Source: a virus
Lineage: Duplodnaviria > Caudoviricetes
Length of the DNA: 34,921 bases
Virus record (IMG/VR): IMGVR_UViG_3300032050_000433
Coordinates: 1-34,921 of that record
Reading direction: 5' to 3' (one strand)
The notes below the pieces were generated by a model. That model had not been told where the DNA came from and made no database searches. It worked only from the letters and a program-made list of their open reading frames with translations. Shown here piece by piece: positions 1-7,900 of the stretch. Within the stretch, counting starts at the first letter, position 1, and each line of letters opens with the position of its first letter. A program made the position numbers and the translations under genes.

Positions 1-2
1 TG

Positions 3-185
3 AGCATACGTGCGTGGGCAAACACAGCCAGCCATCGGTCCGAAGGGCTAACACCTCTTTACACACACCCGCCCATTGAACGCACCCTCACCGACGAGGT
101 CATCGCTGACCTGTGGCACCAGAACGGCGGGTTCCACCACCACTTCGCTCGGGCGGTGGAGCGGTATCTGAAGGGGGAGGAATGA
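3..185 (+). CDS. partial small phage accessory protein (5' end outside window)
   Basis: Frame from base 3 reads ...PLYTHPPIERTLTDEVIADLWHQNGGFHHHFARAVERYLKGEE*. PLYT..LTDE.I..FARA.E is a pattern I recognise from small phage early proteins. Its TGA overlaps the next ATG (ATGA). Not in the supplied ORF track. Confidence 0.75.
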   Translation, partial: SIRAWANTASHRSEGLTPLYTHPPIERTLTDEVIADLWHQNGGFHHHFARAVERYLKGEE

Positions 186-364
186 AAAACAGCTACCGCA
201 TGCTCATGTACTTCGGCATGCTTGTGTTTGACATCTTTGTCCTTACTGGCACTGCTTGGCTGGTGGCAGAGCGCGGGTGGTCTGGGTGGTGGTTTGCGCT
301 TACCGTGCTGTTGTGTTTTGGGTCTTCACCCAAGAACTTTTTTCCAACGCAGGAGAAGCAATGA
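182..364 (+). CDS. small membrane protein (60 aa, two hydrophobic segments)
   Basis: ATG at 182 follows GGGGAGG and overlaps the upstream stop; hydrophobic stretches MLMYFGMLVFDIFVLTGTAWLV and WWFALTVLLCF. Start revised from 113. Confidence 0.75.
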   Translation: MKNSYRMLMYFGMLVFDIFVLTGTAWLVAERGWSGWWFALTVLLCFGSSPKNFFPTQEKQ

Positions 365-648
365 AGTTCGTCAAAGAACACTCCGCCGCTGTGCTGGACT
401 TCTGTTACCGCCTACGCACCATGAAAGAGATCCGTCAGCACTTTCATCAGTGGCCCGACAAGGCCCGCTATGCGGTGCACAACTTGGTCAAAAAGGGGTG
501 CCTTGTAAACATGGTGCCCGGTGCCAAGCGTGGGCTATATCTAACCAAGAGCAAGCCACCTGTGCTGCGAGTAAAGCCCAAGGCAGTCAAGGCTGTGCCT
601 GTACGCAAGCCGGTGGCAAATAGTGTGTGGCAACTAGGAGCGATATGA
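361..648 (+). CDS. small basic hypothetical protein, possibly winged-HTH (95 aa)
   Basis: ATG at 361 with upstream AGGAG and ATGA coupling; ARYAVHNLVKKGCL resembles a wHTH recognition helix/wing; ends NSVWQLGAI. Confidence 0.7.
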   Translation: MKFVKEHSAAVLDFCYRLRTMKEIRQHFHQWPDKARYAVHNLVKKGCLVNMVPGAKRGLYLTKSKPPVLRVKPKAVKAVPVRKPVANSVWQLGAI

Positions 649-1133
649 ACATCAACGACGACGGCGCGGAGATCGACCGCGCAGAGAATGTAGAACTCTA
701 CGGCGACTGGATCAGGTTCACTGATGGCGAAGGTGCCAGCGTGAAGATTGCCATTGATGTGATCTTGGAGCTGCACGATTTCATCAGAGAACAGCCTTTG
801 GCGGACTTCAGCCATGTTGACAGAAGCGCGTTACTTCAGGAATTACTGCCAGGGCTAAATGCCCTGTTTGGTATGGAGTACAAAAAACTGGAAGACCCGT
901 TTCTCACGCCCTGGTTCCCGCCAGATGTCGATCCCGTTCGCCCCGGCGTTTACATGGTTGACCAAAGCTGGCGACCCGGCCAGGAAATTGAGTCTGTCTA
1001 TGCCTATTGGGATGGCATTGATTGGTATCCACAAGGATCATCACCAAAGGATGCGATGTACACAATGTCTTACGGCCCCAAGAAGAACGGGCAGAAGTTC
1101 AGACAGTGGCGTGGATTGCGAGGGGAGGAATGA
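645..1133 (+). CDS. hypothetical protein (162 aa) with capsid-N-terminus-like peptide and C-terminal TPWFP..PVRPGVY..WRGL module
   Basis: ATG at 645 after AGGAG, ATGA overlap with the previous stop; internal RSALLQELLPGLNALFGMEY. Confidence 0.8.
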   Translation: MNINDDGAEIDRAENVELYGDWIRFTDGEGASVKIAIDVILELHDFIREQPLADFSHVDRSALLQELLPGLNALFGMEYKKLEDPFLTPWFPPDVDPVRPGVYMVDQSWRPGQEIESVYAYWDGIDWYPQGSSPKDAMYTMSYGPKKNGQKFRQWRGLRGEE

Positions 1134-1393
1134 AATGCCCAAAATGCGGCAGTATCAAACAACTTACACCAGAGTCCCGACGAACAGAGGACATGGTATG
1201 GCGCAGGAGGATATGCAAGTCATGCAATCACTCGTGGCTGACGGAGGAGCGTCTGAGTTCAGAGACGCAGATGCCTGCGGAGACGCAACAGTTTCTGGAC
1301 AAGGTGATGCGCCACACACCGAAGTCAAACTACAAGAAGAAGCCAAAGGAACCGAAGTTCGATACGTCCGCGCTCCAAAAGATGCCGTGGTGA
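1130..1393 (+). CDS. NrdR-N-like zinc-ribbon protein (87 aa)
   Basis: MKCPKCG...ESR....RRRICKSCNHSWLTEE matches the NrdR N-terminal CxxC..RRR.CxxC..T.E pattern; no ATP-cone; strong SD and ATGA coupling. Confidence 0.85.
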   Translation: MKCPKCGSIKQLTPESRRTEDMVWRRRICKSCNHSWLTEERLSSETQMPAETQQFLDKVMRHTPKSNYKKKPKEPKFDTSALQKMPW

Positions 1394-1500
1394 ACTGGCC
1401 CTTCATGTTCAGCTACAAAGACGGAAGATGTTTTATAAACACTGCCCCGCGTAAGTCCGCTTATGCGCAGGCTACAGAAGCAGGCGAGGCCCTATTTTGA
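1390..1500 (+). CDS. small hypothetical peptide (~36 aa, ends GEALF)
   Basis: GTG overlaps the upstream TGA and its stop overlaps the next TTG start, filling the gap exactly; it is the 3' end of track ORF 859..1500. Confidence 0.55.
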   Translation: MNWPFMFSYKDGRCFINTAPRKSAYAQATEAGEALF

Positions 1501-1802
1501 GCGCTAATGAAATTCAGATCGCTGGCTCACACTATAAACAGTTGTCCGTCGAGCCTTGGGACGCAATGGAAGCATGGATGACGCCAGAACAATTTCAAGG
1601 TTTCCTGCTGGGGTCTGCCATTGGATATTTGGCGCGTTTCAACACCATTGGAAACCCGGCAAAGGGCGGCGTGACTGATATTAAAAAAGCTGCGCACTAC
1701 CTACAGAAGCTCATTGAGATTGCAGATGAACAGCAAAAACCTGACCTCGCTCGACAGGGAACATTTGGCGCGAATCAAGGAACTCCCATGCGGGGTCTGT
1801 GA
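1497..1802 (+). CDS. DUF3310 / SaV-like protein (family related to T7 gp1.7 nucleotide kinase)
   Basis: SANEIQIAGSHYK..VEPWD...GF.LG.AI.YLAR...KGG..DIKKA.HYLQKLIE is the DUF3310 signature; TTG start after GAGG. Confidence 0.85.
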   Translation: MSANEIQIAGSHYKQLSVEPWDAMEAWMTPEQFQGFLLGSAIGYLARFNTIGNPAKGGVTDIKKAAHYLQKLIEIADEQQKPDLARQGTFGANQGTPMRGL

Positions 1803-1989
1803 AGCAAGAGGCCCCTCTGATGCTCACCACATCAAGCAGGGGCTCCACTATCTCTGCATACCGTTATGCAAGGACTGCCACCAGGGCAGTTTTAACGGCA
1901 TCCACGGGCAGGCTAGGATCTGGTCTGTTTACAAGAAGGACGAGATGACCGTGCTCAATGACACGGTCAAGAAGCTCAGTCTCCCTTAG
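1726..1989 (+). CDS. Ref/DUF968-like HNH-type zinc nuclease (87 aa)
   Basis: HL.RIKELPCGVC...DAHHI...IPLCKDCHQG..GIHG motif set. Confidence 0.85.
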   Translation: MNSKNLTSLDREHLARIKELPCGVCEARGPSDAHHIKQGLHYLCIPLCKDCHQGSFNGIHGQARIWSVYKKDEMTVLNDTVKKLSLP

Positions 1990-4900
1990 CCAGCTTCTTC
2001 ATGTACTGGATGTTGGATGTCAATTGGTTCTCCATCTGATCGATTGCCAGGATGGCGTCCTTCTTGGCATCTGCGTCCATAGAAGCTGAGCGGATCAGGA
2101 TCTTCATCTCCCGGAACTCCTTCATGGTCTTCTCAAGATCAAGGATGTAATCCTTGGAGGCCAACATCTTCATGTTGTCCATCAGGTAACCGGGCAACTC
2201 CTCATAGTTCATCGTCCTCTCAAGCATGTTGGAGGTGCGGACGATGGAGTCCACCGAGTTCTTGAGTTCGTAGTACGCGGTGACGTTTCCACGGGCCTCA
2301 GGATCAACTGCAAAGCGACGGATCAGAGGCATCTGCTCAAACCTTCTGGCAGGCTTGGGCGAGTCCGTGTTCATGTCGTAAACGGCATCCATCAGGTTCA
2401 TCAGATACATGCCCATCGTGCCGGTGTACCCGCTGATCAACTGATCGATCTTCATTGGGGAGACTTGCAACTCCTTTGCCATCCCCTTGGTCATCTCTCC
2501 TAAACCTTCTGCCAGACGAGACGTACCCGGCCCAACTTGGTACGCAGGTTGCAACCCTTCCAGTCCCTGCCCAACAATCGGGCGCATGGTGAAGAAGGAG
2601 AAGTTGGTCATCGTCTCCACAACAGGCATAACCGCCTGCGGGATTGGATTAAACGCAAGGGTGCTGGTCAACTGCCGAGCCATCGACTTCAGGAAGTCTT
2701 CACCCGTGTCGCTACCAAATGTGTAACCAAGGATGCGCTCAGGGATCACCTTGAACAACACACCGATTTCAAAGGGGATCGGGATCTTGACGCCCAGCGA
2801 AGGAAGAAGCCAGTAGTTGTCTCTTGTCTCCTGCTCCTGCTTCTTGTATTCCTCATCGTCATGCGTCAGCAGCCAGTAAGCGGCAGACAAGGATGCAATC
2901 ATTGCGCCGCGCACAAAGAACTGCTTCTGGATCTGCGCTGCATCACGAGCGTTCATCTGCCCCGAAGCTGCGCGGTACAGAACATCCAGGCCCTGCATGC
3001 GTGCGTTTAAGAACGGCACCGCAGCGGTAAGAATTCTTACGACAGCAGAAGATCCTTTACGGTTGAAGTTCATCACCTCAAGCGCTCTAAACAGAGCCTC
3101 TGCTTCGTTGTTGGTCTCGGCCAGCGTGCGCTTGTAGACCTCCATCCGAGTGGCTGCGTCAGATGCAGTGGAACCTTTCTCCAGCGCATCCCACAGAGAT
3201 GTAAACGGCTTAGCGCCCATCTCTGCTGCGCCCTTGAGCCCGGTGGACTTGATCTTGGCTTGCTTCCTCAGAGCCTTGCCGAACTCACGCCCGCTCTGCT
3301 CCACGTTCTGCGAGAACTCATAGCCACCCAAAATGCCTGCGTTCATCAGAGCTTGGAAGGCCGGGTCTTTGCCTGCGATAGCAGCACCAAAGTTGGTGAA
3401 GGTGTTTACCATCGGGGTCATCTTCACGCCGGAGGTAACCCATGCGGACATTGAGTCACGCATCAGGTTGGCAAGCATGAAGCCTGGGTCTTTGGTTACC
3501 AGATTGCGAAGCAAGTTCGCGGGGCCAGACAACAGTCCTATAAACGGCAGGTCAGGAATACCAAGGCTCTTGATGGCGTTGATGAAAAGCTCATCCTTTG
3601 ATTGGTACGTGACAACCTGACCGTTCTCCAGAACATCAAAGGTTCCGGCTGCGGAGGACTTGAAGCCCAGCCGCGATGCCATGCCGATGTCCATAGCCAC
3701 CTTGGCGGCTCTTTGGGCTGCGACATTCTTGACGCCAGCCTGGATCGCAGACTGAGTGTTGCGGACAATGTTTTCTAAAAAGTCATCAAGCAGGGCCTCT
3801 CCACCCTTAGCGGCTTTAGGCGGCTTGACACCAGAGATGGCTTGGAAAACCTTCGGGCCAATGGTCTCTCTGCCGTCCATCTGCCGATAGAAGGGCAGAT
3901 AGTCTGCGTGTTTACGGTACAGGTCAGCACGCTCCTGTGAGAGCACGCCGGTATCGACCATGTACTGGACGAGACCGTCGTTGTACTTGATCCACTCCTT
4001 TTGCATGGCCTCAAAGTCAATCCCCGCCTTGAGGTATGCCTTGCGAATTACTTCCGCCTCTTTGACGTCTGATGGTGTAAACAGTTTCTCTTCGTACTTG
4101 CCTTGTGGGTTTTGCATGTAGCGCGAACCACGCTTCACGCCAGCCCAGAACTGATAGTCCTGATAATGAGCCGGATCAGCAGCCAACGGGGCAAAGATCG
4201 CGGTCGGGCCTTTGATCGTGCCGTTTTGGTTGCTGATGATGGTGATACCGTTCCTGAACACAGGAATGCCACCCATCCGGTCATGCACACCCAGCGCGGA
4301 AGCGGTTAGACCAGCACCCAGGTCAGACAGCAGGGCAGCAGACTCAGCGCTGGAATCAGCAAGCAGCGCAGCACCACCCATCTTCTTGGCGCGGATCTTG
4401 TCGTAAACACCAAGCTGGTTGTAGCGGTTCAGAGCCTGGGCACGGAAGTCGGAGTAGGACGTTGGAGAGATCGCCTCCATGAGGCGCTCAACAAAGCCCT
4501 TCTCTTGACGGGAGGCAATAGTGGCAACAACCCGTGCGCGTGCGCTTGCCGGGATGTTTACGCGCAGGCTGTACTTAACACCAGCCGCTGCGGCAAATTC
4601 TTCTCTCAGTGACTTGGCCTGCCTGTACTCAAGTGGAATCAGGTTGGTGGCCGTCAGAGGTCTGCCAACACCGTCTTGGAATTTCTGCCCCTTGATGGAT
4701 ACAGAATCCTGGCGCTCATACTGATCCGGCTTTTTAGAGCCATACCGATCCTTGACGTACAGCACGACCGGGGCAGACTCAACACCTTCAGCAGAAAGCG
4801 CAGACATACGATGCCTGCCTTCATGACCAACGATGACGCCCTTCTCAATGTCCCATTCCAAGAATGGCGTTTGAGTTTCTTTGGCTATCTGATCGCGGTC

Positions 4901-7900
4901 AAGTGCCCCAGCCTCTGCCTTGAGTTCATCGGCAAACTCTTTGGACGGAGTGGTTGCGCGGACAAACTCTTCCGGGTTTACATACGCAGCAATACCGTAG
5001 GTACGCCCATCGGTGTAGCCGTATTGATCAATTAAACGCTCAATGCGCTTGTCATCCCAGGATGCTTTTTCACGCAGGCTTGGCTTTAGCTGGACAGGCT
5101 GCGCACTAACTCCAGCAACTGCTGCGCCCGCTCCTGTGGCTCCAGCCCCAGAAACAGGTTGTCCAGCGAAGACCACAGAGGGTCCTGCGGGTCGAGTACT
5201 TTCCCCTGCGAGTTGGGTGATGGCTTCGTCGTATCCGATGTCATCTGCTTTCCTTCCACTCAAATGTTGATACAGACGCTTCTCGTAGTACCAGAGAGCG
5301 GCCTGGATGTCTGCTAGTGACAGGTTAATGCCTTCGGCCTTGAGCAGGCTCTGAGTCCGCCTAGCCGTGCGGTACATGAACTCTCGGTCGGTGGATGTAA
5401 ACGGAGCCTCTTCCAGCAACTCATACTCGTTCTTGTAGATGGTGTTAGCCATCTTCTCAAGACGATGTTCAAACAAGAGAGCTTCATATGCGGGGCCAGC
5501 TTGACGCTTCGCCCTTGCCGTCCAGGCTGGCTTGTCCTTATCTTCTGCTGGCTCTTTGCGGCCCACTAACTCTTCTAGTTCAGTGTGCCAGCCAAACTCT
5601 TCATATTTGTTACGCAGCGGGATGGTTGCCGCCACCACCTCATCTCGGGTGGCATTTGGCTTATCCATCATCGCGGCAAACTTCTTGATGGACGCTTCGG
5701 TGGCCTTTGATTCCAACTGCCCACGCATGCGGTTAACCGTCCGGGTCCACCACATATCCATCGTCAGATAGCCCTCTGCGCCTTCAAGATTGGAGAAGAA
5801 TGCGCCTAGCTTTGGCCCGAAATACAATGCCGCAGCAGGTACTTTGGTATCCGCAAGATAAGAGGTATCGGGCTTTTCTCCGCGTGAACGCAGGATAGCG
5901 TTCATGTCCTTAACTGTAATCTCACGCAATAATTCATTGCGCATTCCAGTGGGACCATATTGCTTCATTAGCTGCATGACAACTGCAATGTTATTATCCA
6001 GTGCAGTTTTGCGGCGAGAACCAATATTACGCGGGTCTTTGCCCATACGAATGTCTTCGTAGAGCTTAATGGCGTTCTTTACGTTGAGAGATACTTTCTC
6101 GCCATTGGAGGTAATAGCAACCAATGCAGAGAAAACAGTTCTGGCATATGGATCTGTCTCAAGCTCTGGGAACAGCTTGCCCAGCTTCTTAACTGCCTTG
6201 GGATAGTTGTCCGAGTACCAACCTTTGCCAGTGCCGGTCCCTGCAGTTGCTTTTAGCTGGTAGCCAATCTCATCAACCATTGCCCTCGCAAGTTCTTTTT
6301 CCGAGGTCAATGAGGTATCGGTCTTGGCGATCTTGCCCTTGTTTCGGATGGTGTCTTGATTAAGTGCAAGAGCGATGGAGCGGACATCGTTAAACAACTC
6401 AATGCCACCCGGCTTGCGGACAGCATCTGTTTTGAGCCCAAGCTCCTGCATCGCTACGATGGGCTGAACTTCCATCAACCCACGAGTGGACAGAGGAACT
6501 TCACGCAAACTTTGTTTAGCCGGGGCAGCTTCTGCCTTAGCCTCCGCCTTCAGAGCACCCTTCTCAACCTTACGGAACACTTGCTCTGCGGTGACTTCAC
6601 CACCAAAGGCAGTCTTGACCGCATCAAAGAAGTTACGCAGCCGGGTCAGGATGGCTTGCATCAGGCCCGGAGGAGCCTTGTTTACATCAAAGTCCCCAAA
6701 GGCATCAGCAATTGCCTCTTCAATGATCGCGTCCATGTCGCCCTTGTAAAGCTCCATGTATGCGTCATAGCGGGACTTCTGGCCCTCCTCTAGGTCTTCC
6801 TTGTTGATGTTCTTGGTCTTAAGGTACTGATCAATCCACTTGCTCTTGGCTTGCTTTTCAAGTGCTGCCCATTGTTGTGGAGAGAAGAAGCCCAGTTCCT
6901 TCAGAGCATGGATGGACTCATGCCTCAAGGCCTGCACCGGGTTTACAGCATCCAGGGCCAGACGAACCACGCTCTGTGCGTACTCGCCTTCTGCCTTCAT
7001 GTTGTCGATCAGCTTGAGGGCAACATCCTTCAGGCCGTACTTGTTCATGATCTTCTTGAGAACCTTCTCAAGTTGATCAATCTTTTCCTGTATCTCGGGT
7101 GTGATGGGCAGCGGCTTGGCTTCTTCAGCCAGTGATGGCTTGGCTGCTCTTTCCTTTACGCCACGGACCCAGTCTTGAGCTTCTGCCCGCGTATCAAACG
7201 TGTCTTGTATGTAGTCGTCCTTGGCATCAACAACATTCCAGGCGCGTTTGATCTTGCCGTCCAAACCCTCGACTTGCGTTTGAACAATCTTGTACTTGGG
7301 GATCTGTGCTGCCGATAGCTTAGCGGCAGGCTCTGCGCGTCTAAAGCTGGTTGGCGGGTACAGCCGCATCTCTTCATTGGGGAGCTTAACTCGCCAGTTC
7401 TTTGGGAACTTCTTATCAAGGATGGCTTGTTCGCCATTGGGCGTGATAACTGCATCACCCTCCTTGAGATTGGCAACATCAGCTTGACGAGCTTGATAGT
7501 TCGCCCAAAGCTCGGGTTTCTGTTGTTTCTGCTGCTCTATAAACGCCTGCGTTTGCGAAGCGTTTTTCCACATCTCAATCAAACGACCTGGGGTGGAGCC
7601 AGTCCTGTTGCCACTGCGTAGCTTACCGTCAAGATCTTTGATGCCAGCCAAGTACGAGTTAAGCTGGTCGGTCGCGCTTTCAAATGTCATGCCCCTCTCT
7701 TCTGGGGCAAGCGTGTCCTTGATTTCCCAGTCAATACCAGATGCAGGAGTCTTCGCTTCTTCTATGTTGCGATCAAGCTCATACAACTGCCTGTTTGCAG
7801 GAGACATATCCTGCAATGACTTGGGCAACTCAACAGCAGGTTTCTGAGCAGCCGGCGCTTCAACGGGCTTCTCAGCAGCAGGCGTTTCAACAACCGGCTC

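Noticed and set aside
859-1389. 213-aa ORF 859..1500 as one gene
   Set aside because: Overlaps two better-supported genes; only its last ~36 codons fit the coupled gene array.
7156-7479. Other same-strand alternate-frame ORFs in the giant gene (7156-7479, 4654-4848, 3538-4020, 8875-9057)
   Set aside because: They overlie ordered regions, have S/R/P-rich shadow composition and no convincing SD was noticed, unlike the two nested ORFs reported.
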